Of a stretch of 64,000 bases of DNA, positions 53,840 to 64,000 are shown piece by piece. The notes under the pieces are model-generated. The model had not been told where the DNA came from and did no database searches. It worked only from the letters and a program-made list of their open reading frames with translations. Both the position numbers and the translations under genes were made by a program. Source of the DNA: Chiloscyllium plagiosum. Lineage: Eukaryota. Position 1 is the first letter of the stretch, and each line of letters begins with the position of its first letter. The stretch covers positions 9,826,891-9,890,890 of the forward strand of contig NC_057755.1 in assembly GCF_004010195.1 (NCBI RefSeq), written 5' to 3'.

Positions 53840-54430
53840 ATCAAGTTAGCTTGTGCCACAATGGACACATGAAATTGTGTATCCACCATGGAAGGTGACA
53901 GTTACTATCACCAGTCTTGGAGACTGCACAGAAGTGGAGTGAATGGGGAAACCACTCCACTGGCAAGTCTCATACCTGGCACAAATAAAAATTGTTGTAG
54001 TTGCTGCACCTTGAGGTGAGGACATGACCACTTCGCCATAAAAGCCCCGTGAGGGGTCGGCAAGGATGTGTGTCCCTCGGCGAAGAAATCTTCAACTGCT
54101 TCATCAACTAACTTAATTCCACCACGAGGTCAGAAGTGGGAATGCTTGTTGATGAGTGCACAATGTTCAACACAACTTGTTACTTCCCAGTGACTGGACG
54201 CAGCCTGTGTGCAAATACGGCAGGATCGGGACCACACGCAGGGTTGTGGACAGGTGGTGCAAACAACGTGTCCATCAATTTCCATCTCCAGCCATTGTCC
54301 CTTGACACTCAGTGCCATTACAGTCACCAAATAGTCCACTGTCGTTGAGGTGGAGTCATCAGGAACTGGACTGGACCATCCACATACACCAAATGGCTAC
54401 AAAAGTAAGTTGGATGCCAGGAATTCCGCA
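53840..54430 (+). mobile_element. Degenerate non-LTR RT fragment (L2/CR1 group)
   Basis: IFNCFIN...EVGMLVDECTMF resembles the FADD region. Confidence 0.5.
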
Positions 54431-54439
54431 GAGTTTTTA

Positions 54440-56330
54440 AAAAATGCTTTATTCATTAAAAATACATACGCACTCACTAAAGCAGCTCTGTTCCATCCAG
54501 TAGCATATGGAGAAGCAAACATTGGCATATATCCAACAAGGAAGCCAAAGACATGTCTTTCTTATACATTGGATTTGCGACCCTGGAGTAGTGGGAGGGC
54601 GGGTTGGTGCTGTCTGATAACTGAACAGAGCCGCCATTTAACTTCAGCAGAAAGACCTGTGACATTGGCCTTTCCCCACTGTACCTTGGCTGCAGCTGCC
54701 CCAAGCATTAATGGAACCCTCAGTACGTAGTCATGCACCTTGGAATGTGTCAAGCTGCAACACTAGGTCGGGGTCAGCCCCTTGCTCTGAGAGACCAACA
54801 AGTTTTGGGCAGACCAAAGAGCACCTTTCACTGAGTTGATGGTCCTGCAGGCACAGTTGATGCTCATCCTGGAGCATATTCAGGGGTAAAGACCGCAAAT
54901 CACAGAGTTCTGCATATTGGATCTGTTCAGGACGAACCTTGACAAATGCCAGTGCACCCTTCTTCAGACTTCCTTTCCAAAGGCACATCCCAACTGGAGA
55001 TGTTTCAATGAGAATTAGGTCAAATCATCATGTGTACTCAAGTGCAGAAGTACAGTGCAGAGCCCACAATGTCGCCTCTCCTGGTGCCATCTTAGGTACA
55101 AAGAATCTATGTACAAACGTTAAATGCAAAAAGAGATAGAAAGAAGAAAAAAGTGGGGTTACCTTACAGTGATACATTGTATAGGTTATAAATAAGACAT
55201 AGCTAAAAGGATGAGACTTCGCAGTCAGATAAAGAGATTACTAATAAACATTATATTGCAGTATATGAGTGCAGGGGCTTCCACATGCAGAATGACCTAC
55301 TTACTTCCAGACCACTCCCATCCACCCCCCCCCCCTCCCCCCACCCCCCAACCCCCGCAGTTGTCAGTCGCTCCAGGCCTCCAACTCGCTACTCTCCAAC
55401 TCTCAGCTGGTCTACACCACTCCATGTCTGCATCCACTCTGTCCATTCGCCGACAGCCACTTCAAATTGATGCCGCACAGAGTCCAGGCTTACATGTCTT
55501 GGTGCTTGTTGGAACGTTCTGGTAATTTTTGCCACAAAGCCAGTGCTCAGGGAACCAGGTGGCGGGATCCATCCATTCCTTTCCCGCAGGGTCTCAGCGA
55601 TGCTCTGTGCTGACCAATTCCTGATGGACTGGTGGTCAAAGATATTTTTCTTTGCAAATTTCTCCACAAAGGACACTTAATATGGAACATTCCAACTACT
55701 TGGCGTGTTCTATTGCAACGAGGCCAGACCCTTCCTTCGCAACACTGGGCCGCAACACTTCAGTACATGGTGAGCCTTGGTGTTTGTGGAGAGAGGGTCT
55801 GTGCACAGCTTGACACAGCCGCACATAAAGGTAGCTGTCAGGACGAGAGTGCCATTGCGTATGTTTCTTCCCGACCCCCACATCCCAGGTCAGAGCTTTG
55901 CACACAGTATTCCTGCAGACAAGGTACACTTTTGAGCTCCAAATGAAGCAGAAGTTAGCTCGGGTGACTGCAACAGCGCAGTTTCTGGGAATAGGCCATG
56001 TACAACAACAGAGAGAGTGCCTCACACCTGATAACCTGGTGAATGGAAAGGGAGCAGTACTCCCAAAAGACCACTTCCTGCCTCACCTTTGGCCATATTT
56101 TCCTTTCAAGTCTTTGTGGCTGCCCAGCCTCCTCTGAAACATATTCCCAGCACCTTCCTTGGTTGTGGTGTTTCCTTCCTTTCTTTCCTGAATTCATGCC
56201 ACTCCTGAAATTGATTGGATTGCAAATGTTTAGAGAGGCCTTAAGGTTGAAAAATAAGCATGATTTGACCTTCATGTGTGATGTGGCATCCAATTCTCAC
56301 TTCAGAACTCAGTCTTCCTGAATGCTTGGA
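54440..56330 (-). mobile_element. Old L1/Tx1-group LINE 3' fragment (different family from the 60-64 kb copies)
   Basis: Degenerate ORF2 C-terminal peptides (SFVEKFAKKNIFDH, VKGALWSAQNLL) and AATAAA near 54450 on - strand. Confidence 0.6.
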
Positions 56331-56798
56331 AGGAAAAGATCAGAGTCTTCTTTGGGATAATTTAAGATAAGACAGTCCAGAGTTGTACAGGTTAAGTGAA
56401 TTGGCCGTACTAAACTACCCATTGTGTTCAGGGATGTGTACATTAGATGTGTTAGCCATGGGAAATGTTGGGTTACAAGTAGGGAGACAGGCTTGTGTAG
56501 GAAGCTCTTTGGTGGGTCGGTGTGGACTTGTTGGGCCGAATGGCCTGTTTCCACGCTGCAGGGATTCTGTGAAGATGATGAGAACTAAGGCTCAGCCGAG
56601 TTTGAACTTGTACTTTGCTGCTGAAAAAAAGGATATTATGCTTTGCTTCAACTTCCACGACATTTGATGACTGTAACAGTTAAACATCTTCAAATATACC
56701 CACTGATACTTTCAATAGCTGAAACTGTAATTTCTACAGAAAATCTACTCTGAAAGAGTTCGGTCCGGCTTAGTTAGTTACTTTCCTCTGATTGGTAT

Positions 56799-57034
56799 TG
56801 ACATACCTCCCCAATGGCCTACATCCCACTATCAAGTCACCCTTTATCTACACATGGATAGTACTTGAGAGTTGTTCAGCTCCTTCAGAGCCAGCTGTCA
56901 GAGTGAACAAAACACCTGACCCTACTGTTTATATCTGTCAGCCAGGGCTCCCTGAGTGGGACTTGGTAAACAGCCCCAATCAGGGAACTCAAATTCTGAG
57001 AGTCCACTTGCCTGACCTCATTGCATTCACTTCA
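56799..57034 (-). repeat. Gypsy 3' LTR (about 236 bp, uninterrupted) with TATAAA at 56928-56933
   Basis: TG...CA ends on - strand, adjacent PPT, homology to 60581-60707. Confidence 0.8.
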
Positions 57035-60000
57035 TTCCTCCTCCTACCCAGTCCAGGGACAGGAGCCTATTGCAACCTCTCCTGAGGCATTTTCACGTTG
57101 GGTCCTTTCCTTTGACACCATCTCGCATGCGGGCAGCATGTACTAGAGTGTAACCTGCCTCTTGTAACTAGAATATCTCGGAAGAAGTTCATCCCCCTCA
57201 TCGAGAATGCGACATGTCCCGTGCCATCTCAGACTCAGAGTCTCTTTCGAGGCTAGACGGAGCAGACAGGCGAGTTTTGCTCATTCCCCATTTGTACCTG
57301 TCATGTGGTCCACTTACTTCTTCAGCAAATGCCAGAACCTTCAACATCACAGGACCTGACCTTGCACTGACCATGCTTCGTTCCCCCATGCAGGACCATT
57401 CCTGTGGTTACAACATCAAACCCCGACCCCTGAAGTAAACCTCGCTTGCTTAGATGAGTCTTGTGTCCGGCCTTAGTGTTCCCATTGTCGATTCACCCTC
57501 ACCTCTCCACATCCAAGTCTGGGAAGATCAGTATTAAACTGGTGCTGAGACTTCTCCCCATGAACTGTCCCTGTTGTTGTATCTCTTATATCTCTTATAA
57601 TCAAACAGGAGCCGGGACAGTTGGTATTGAGTGAAGCTGTTGGCTCTTTCTTTAAACCTGCTTTCAAAGTTAAACTGTTCTTTTCGCCAGACCATTGGAC
57701 GATGGCTGGAATGGTTCTGTCTTTATATGCAGAATGCCATCTGACTTTAGGAAATGCTCCAACTTCTTGCTGGGAAAAGATGGCCTGTTGTCTGTGATCA
57801 ACACTTCTTCCAGCCTGGTAGTTCGAAAGATGCTCGCTGCTTTCCTGTTATTGTTCAAAATGTTTGATGAATGAATCACATGTACGTCCAACCACTTTGG
57901 GTGGGTGTCTGCAATGACGAAGCATATTAACCCACAAAAGGGCCGATATAGTCAACATGAAACAGATTTATCCAGCCATTCCTACCAAGCTGGGTAGCTG
58001 CCGATGGTAATTTTTGTCCTTGTTGGCATTCTGGGCACTGCCCCACCAACACAGCTATGTTGGCATCCAATCCTGGCCACCGGACATAGCATCTCGCCAA
58101 CATGTTCATTTTGGAAGCACCGGACTGAGCTCAGCCACTATCTGTACTCGGTCCAATTCCTCCTGCTCCCCACAATAATATGCTGTTCTCTACAGTGATC
58201 TGGTCTCACTGGGTCCAGAAAGGTTTCAATCCTCAGTGTAATGGCCATTCTGTTTCCCCCAACACCACCAGCTCTTTTACTTTTGCCAGGACGGGGACGT
58301 TTTGTGCCCACAATTGGATATTGTCAGCGGTGAGTGGAATGGTGTCCAGAAAGTTTAAACCCAAAAAGGACTCTTCCAGAGAAGGTGCGACCAATAATTT
58401 ATCTACGAGCTGGATTTGGCTCGAGACATCCAGATTTGCTACTTGACCTCACGGACGGTGTTCCAACTTGTGATTGGGCACACTCAGAATGAGAGTCCAC
58501 TGCTGAATTCGACCTGAAGCTATGGATGGCACAGCTCTATTCCCTTTAAGTAGCCCTCACGAGGGGTTGTGTTCTGTTGCTATTACAAATTTACATCCGT
58601 AAAGGTATTGGTGGAATTTTCTCACAAGGAAGACCACCAAACTATCCTTTCCTGTCTGCACGTATTTGCACTCTCATCAGCCAAAGTACAGGAAGTGTAT
58701 GCTATTGGGCGTTCATCTCCATTGGGCTCTCTCTGTGAATCTATACTTTTCCTGACACTATATCGGGCAGGCATTGCATGTCAACACCAGATCTCGCTTA
58801 ACACCTTAGTCAATGATAGTAGTTTCTTCACTTCCCTAAAGACTGCATTTTGCTTATGAGACCAATTCTAATGCTAGCCATTTCTTAATAGCAGATGGAA
58901 GGTTGCCAGACTGGTGGCCTGGTCATGTGTGAACTTTCCCGAGTAATTCAGCAGCCCAAGGAAAGTACCAAGCTCCAGAACATATATAGGAGCAGGGACA
59001 CCCTTATTTTCCAACAGGTGTAACCCAGTCTTGTAGACTCTGTAATCCAAGTAGGTCATTTTGGGCTCCTGGACCACTTATTGTTCCTTCTATGGCATGC
59101 ATTCACCTTGGAGAACTGTCTAAGCACTGTGTTGAAATTCTCCAAGAGCTCTTTATTGGTCTTCCCGGTTATTAGCAAATCATGCAGATAAACGGTGAAT
59201 GGGATAAATTTTGTAAAATGTTCTCCATGGACCAGAGGAAAATGGTACAGGCTGACGACACCCCACAAGGTACAAACCCTTACGGGTTTTCAATGTGGTA
59301 TATCTCTGGGAATCATCATCTAACCACAATTGCAGGTACACATAGCTGCTGTCCAGCTTCCTGAAGGGCAGTCTCCTGCCAGGTTAGTGTAGGAGTCCTG
59401 TATGTGAAGAATTGGTTGTTTGCCCAGCTGTGACAATTTGTTAACTGTTTGTTTAAAATCCCCCCAGCGGCAAACCGACCTGTCAGGTTTCACCAGTGTT
59501 GCCCATTCTGCAAACTGTACTAGGTTGATGATTCCTTCCCTTTCTTGCATCCTGATTTCTGCCTCTGCTTTTTCACGTAAGGCAAAAGGCACTGGGCAGG
59601 CCTTGCAGAATCGGGAAATTGCTTCCTGGTCAACATTCAAGGTGGCCTTTGCTCCTTTGGGAATCCCTGGATCTTCCTGAAACATGCTGGGTATTTCAAT
59701 CGGACTTCACTCGGGCAACAATTTCATATGCAAAAAATGATCAGCCAATAAAGTTGAACTTTCCTCAGGCAATATGCCCCCATCAGCCTTGGGCTGAGAC
59801 TTTTTCTCCAATCAGTGGAAACTGAACCAGCTGTTTCTCATACAAGCCCAAAACGGAAGTTGTCCCCTTAATGTGTAAAGGTTCACCAGGATAGGTTCTC
59901 AGTCCAGCCGAGCTCTTCCACCAATTTAAGAGTTGGAGTCCCCAGCAAACCTTGTGAAAGATTGGTTCTGCAATCACTGATACAGCTGTTGCTAGTATCC

Positions 60001-60580
60001 ACCTCCATTAGAAGCAAGCGACCATTTAACCAGACATTTACTAAGGTTGATTCTGTTATGGATTTGCTAAGCAATGTAAATGTTCCAAGCCATCTGTAGG
60101 GGGCTTTGCAGGGTATGCACTCGCCTGGAAACCGGGCTATGAGTTTTCTTATTCACTTCAGGCTTAGGAGGACTCTTTCACTGCCTCGAGCTCACATACC
60201 GGCAGCAACTACAATGGCTTGCCAGCTCCAATCCTAAAGAAAACGTTAATGGCTTGGGCAAGGTTTGGCTTTGTTTTGGGATTTTGGTGTGGGCTGACCT
60301 GTAGTTCGTCTGCTCAGGATATGTCCTGAGGTGTTGCAATTCCTTCAGTCAAATGGTGTCTCTCCCCACCCCACCCCCCCACCCCCCCACACACACACCG
60401 GTTCAGTTGGCCTGGTGTGAGTGTCCACTTCAATTGGCATGTGCTGTAACTGATATGCCCCATTTATCACATTTTCCAATGACACAGTGCGACGTAGTGT
60501 TGGTTGAAGTCTAGTAAGCCTGGGCTTCAGCTAGTAAGCGTTTTGCATGGTTATATCATTGGTCCCATTTTTGTTATCAC

Positions 60581-60707
60581 TAAACTAATTCCCGAGAGGT
60601 TGGTATCGCATCACCAAGTCACCATTTATTTGCATATATGTAGTACTTCACACTGATGTAACTCCCTCAGAGCCAGCTCTCGGAGTGAACTGTATCCTTG
60701 ACCCTCC
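60581..60707 (-). repeat. Downstream half of Gypsy 5' LTR, cut at the TATA region by the Tx1 stack
   Basis: Shares caagtcacc, cagagccagct, gagtgaac and tgaccct with the 3' LTR; similarity stops at a T run just before tttatatc. Confidence 0.8.
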
Positions 60708-60742
60708 TTTTTTTTTCTTTTTAGAACCGCTGACATTCCTGC

Positions 60743-62409
60743 TTTTTTTTTCTTCTCTTAACACCCACACTACTGCCTAACTGTGGTAGTGCTTATTTTA
60801 CCCCCAGCATCTATCTTGTGTATGTGCAGGTGTGAGACACAGTGAGAGACACACGGTGTACGAATCTTTATTCAATTTCAACCACCAGGAAGAAAGGAAT
60901 GACCCGAGTAGTCAGTGACAAGCAGTGCCGGCTCAGTTGGCCTGGTGTAAGTGTCCACTTCAATTGGCATGCGTTTAACTGATATGCCCCATTTATCACA
61001 TTTTCCAATGACACAGCGTGACGTAGTGTTGGTTGGAGATATCGCTGCAAGATCTGAAGGTGGAATTTCGCGACCTGGGTGCGGACGCACACCAGCGACT
61101 GACCACCCTCCTCAGTAGGGAAACTCAGAACCTGTACAGTGACCCAATGCATCTTTTTGTCCCAGAAGAAGTTGACCAACGTTCCCTGGCTGTCAGCGAC
61201 AAAGCCAGGAGGAGGGACCAAAGTAACCAGCCGGTACCACAGCATGGCGGCCACCAGCTGGTTTATGACCAGCACTCGACTCCTGTAAGATAGCACTCGG
61301 AGCAGTCCTGTCCAGCGGCCTAGGTGAGCCGAGACTTTGGCCTCCAGCTCCTGCGTGCTCGCCGGCTAGGATTCCTCAGCCAGGCTGAGGTAGACCCCCA
61401 GGTAGAGGAGATGAGTGAATCTCCAGCTGAACCCCAGTAACTCCTCCGGCAGAGAGTCCACCCACCACGGACCGAACAGTAGTCTGGAACATTTGGCCCA
61501 GGTGATCCTGGCGGAAGATGCAGCCGAGTGCACGGCCTGGCATTCGCACATCCTCCCCAGGTCAGTTGGGTCGGTAAAAGTGAGGAGCATGTCGTCGGCA
61601 TAGGCCGAGAGGACCACCCCGTGCCCACACCGCGCAGAACCAGCCCTGACAACCTCCTCCGCAAGAGGTGCAGGCAAGGCTCCATGCACAGGGAATACAC
61701 GTGGCTGGACAGGGGGCAGCCTTGACGCACTCCTCTCCCGAAGCGAAGGGGCACCGTCAGTGACCCGTCAACTTTAACCAGACACTCTGCTGCAGCGTAC
61801 AAAAGTCGGATCCGGGCGATGAACTGTGTCCCGATCCCAAATGCCCGCACAGTCCCGAGAAGGTACTCGTGATCGACCCTGTCGAACACCTTCTCCTGGT
61901 CGAGAGAGAGGAAGGTGATCGGCAGACCAGCCCGTTGACAGAAATGAATCAGGTCCCAGACCAGATGGACGTTGTCATGTATCCTCCAACCCGGGACCGT
62001 GTAGGACTGGTCCAGGTTAATCATGTGGGCCAGCATGGAAGCCAGGCGAGAAGACAACGCCCTGGCGAAGATTTTGTAGTCCGTGCTGAGGGAGACTGGA
62101 CGCCAGTTCTTCAAAGAATGATGACCACCCTGCACCAAGAAAGGGGCAGCTCTCTGGCATTAAGACACTCCCCCAGGACCTGTGCATAGTCGCTCTCCAG
62201 GATGTCCCAGAATGCCCTGAAGAACTCCACAGTCAGCCCGTCCAGCCCCGGGGACTTGCCCCTCGAGAGCCGATCAAGGGCGCTGGTCAGCTCCTCTAAG
62301 GTGACCGGAGCATCGACTCTTCCTGTGCCCTCCGGGCCGAGCTGCAGCAGGTCCTCCCACAGCACTCGCCGAGCATCCTCGCTGGACGGATCCTGAGAGA
62401 ACAGAGCCG
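60743..62409 (-). mobile_element. 5'-truncated, internally deleted Tx1-clade element carrying the RT domain
   Basis: KSPGLDGLTVEFF, NWRPVSL, DYKIFA, LSLDQEKVFDRVDH, GVRQGCPLS, AYADD, YLGV motifs; same 3' UTR and tail as the copy at 62817. Confidence 0.9.
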
Positions 62410-62415
62410 TATATC

Positions 62416-62640
62416 TTTTTTATCTTTTTTTTTATTTAACCCCCACACTACCACCTAAGTGCGGTAGTGCTTATTTTTTTCAAACCTCTTGTTTACTTTT
62501 TTTTCCTTTTTTTTATTAACCCCTACACTACCACCTAAGTGCGGTAGTGCTTATTTTTGCCCCAGCACCCATGGTGTGTGTGTGTGTGCGCAGGTGTGAG
62601 ACACAGTGAAAGACACAAAGTGCACGAATCTTTATTTTAT
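62416..62640 (-). mobile_element. Two short Tx1 3'-end copies (about 65 bp and 140 bp), each with terminal stem-loop and A tail
   Basis: Repeats of cactaccacctaagtgcggtagtgcttattt near 62445 and 62526, matching 62838. Confidence 0.85.
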
Positions 62641-62680
62641 TTTTTTATTTTTTTGTGGTCCACGGACTCCACAGCGCCAT

Positions 62681-62805
62681 AAGCCTACTGCACCTGGTAT
62701 TCCCAAGCGGTCTCCCATCCAAGTACTAAGCAGGCCTGAGTCTGCTTAGCTTCTGAGATCAGACGAGATCTGGCGTTTTTTTTTCAGACTAGTATGGCCG
62801 TAGGT
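62681..62805 (-). pseudogene. Full-length 5S rRNA-derived copy (retrocopy or SINE head)
   Basis: Reverse complement reads ACCTACGGCCATACTAGTCTG(A)9CGCCAGATCTCGTCTGATCTCAGAAGCTAAGCAG...GTACTTGGATGGGAGACCGCTTGGGAATACCAGGTGCAGTAGGCTT; box A and box C recognisable; expanded A run; no T4 terminator. Confidence 0.93.
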
Positions 62806-62816
62806 CACTCCTGTTT

Positions 62817-64000
62817 CTTTTTTTTTCTTTAACCCCACACTACCACCTAAGTGCGGTAGTGCTTATTTTATCCCCAGCACCCATGGTGTGTGTGTGCGCA
62901 GGTGTGAGACACAGTGGAAGACACAAAGTGGACGAATCTTTATTCAATTTCCACCACCCCGAAGATAGGAAAACACCCGGGTGGCCAGTGACAAGCACTG
63001 CCCTTCACATCAAAGGGCAATGCCATGTGATCAAAACAGTGAAGGGGAGGGGAGGGACTAAATCAAAATAGAGTTGGAGGGAGAAATAATGCACTCCACT
63101 CCCTGCGGCGCCCACCTCTCCCTGATAAACTCCAGGGTGTTGGTGGACATCGCGTGCTCCTTCTCCAAGGACACCTGGGCTCTAACGTAACCACGGAAGA
63201 GGGGCAGGCAGTCAGCCCTAACGACCCCCTCCTCGGCCCGCTGCCTAGACCTGTTAATGGCCAGTTTGGCCAGACCCAGGAGCAGACCCACGAGGAGGTC
63301 TTCAGACCTGCCCTCCCTCCCTCCGTACCAGGTGCCCAAAGATCAGGAGCGTGGGACTGAAGTGCAACCAAAAGCAGAGGAGGAGGTTTTTCAGAAAATC
63401 AAAAAGGGAGTGCAAACACTCACACCCAATATACACATGCTCCACAGCACCACAGAACAAGCAGTTGGGCTGGGAGTCCGTGAACCACCGCAACCTGCGG
63501 TTGCAGGGGACTACTGCGTGCAGCACCCTCCACCCCAGATCCCCGAGAGAAAGGGGGAGGACTTCCGCATAGAGAGCCCTCCACTGGGGATCACCACCGC
63601 CCGGTGGCAAATGGGCACGCCAAGGAAGAAGAGGTGGATGGTGTGCAGCAGCAGTCTATACAGGGCCCGCCTTTTTACATCCTTAAAAGAAACAAAATTA
63701 AAATTCCAGGGGCGGCTCAGGTTGTGGGGCACAGGCTCCCACGGGAAGTACGGGACGTTGGGGCCAATGTGAAATTCCATCCGGGCTGGGGGTGAGCGCT
63801 GACGGGATCCCACCGCACACCTGAGCGTCCTCCAACTGGTGCACTACGTCGGGTCCAAGCACCGCCGTTTTAAGGCGTCGGATGGCGGTGGCCACGTACC
63901 GGACGTCTACCGCTGCCCTGCTCGCTATGTCCAGTGGTAGCGTCCAGCCCAGGCCCCCAGCACCCAGCACGTCCCCGACCCTGGTCACCCTCACCGCCGC
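62817..64000 (-). mobile_element. Tx1-clade non-LTR retrotransposon, ORF2 C-terminus + 3' UTR + A tail (continues beyond window)
   Basis: Frameshifted ORF2 end with DLGWRVLH, CLFCG..HVYIGC zinc knuckle and LLGLAKLAI; stop 63058; AATAAA, terminal stem-loop, A-rich tail. Confidence 0.88.

Larger units (their letters stand above)
56799..60707 (-). mobile_element. Degenerate Gypsy LTR retrotransposon
   Basis: Fragments in Gypsy order: protease (MEVDT), RT (CPVPFALR, VYLHDLLITG, FLGLLNY), integrase (LARCYVRWPGLD, HVDYIGPF, ITDNRPSF, PSSNGLAKR); polypurine tract 57035-57049 abutting 3' LTR; many stops and frameshifts. Confidence 0.9.

Noticed and set aside
60868..61296. 142-aa ORF as a novel gene
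   Set aside because: Chimera of Tx1 ORF2, a Gypsy-derived patch and Tx1 3' UTR
62681..62805. Functional 5S rDNA unit, or a Mutsu-type Tx1 targeting 5S genes
   Set aside because: Single copy, expanded A run, no T terminator, A-tailed; the 5S is not split by the Tx1, and the junction motifs match the Gypsy LTR rather than 5S
62416..62880. CRISPR-like array of palindromic direct repeats
   Set aside because: Repeats are retrotransposon 3' ends with A tails at irregular spacing; eukaryotic context, no cas genes

Overview
Repeat-rich vertebrate genomic DNA, most likely a cartilaginous fish, judged from HE1-like tRNA SINEs, abundant CR1/HER1-type LINEs and Penelope-like elements. There are two convergent host genes. 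On the + strand, nine 3' coding exons of a ZFP91 orthologue (215-34253) splice in frame into about 381 aa with five C2H2 fingers; the 5' exons lie upstream of the window. On the - strand is the terminal exon (48047-47522) of an uncharacterised single-CCCH zinc-finger gene, whose first exon probably falls in the N gap (49620-50225) beside a GC-box array. The most unusual region is 56.8-64 kb. A degenerate Gypsy LTR element has its 5' LTR split at the TATA box by a head-to-tail stack of at least five poly(A)-tailed Tx1-type insertions, separated by partial copies of the LTR target motif. One unit is a full-length, terminator-less 5S rRNA joined to the Tx1 3' stem-loop tail, a candidate 5S/Tx1 SINE or chimeric retrocopy. 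Also seen are Penelope-derived fold-back mini-elements with hammerhead-like cores and 13-15 bp TSDs, and two local templated insertions. All calls were made by eye; repeat boundaries are approximate.
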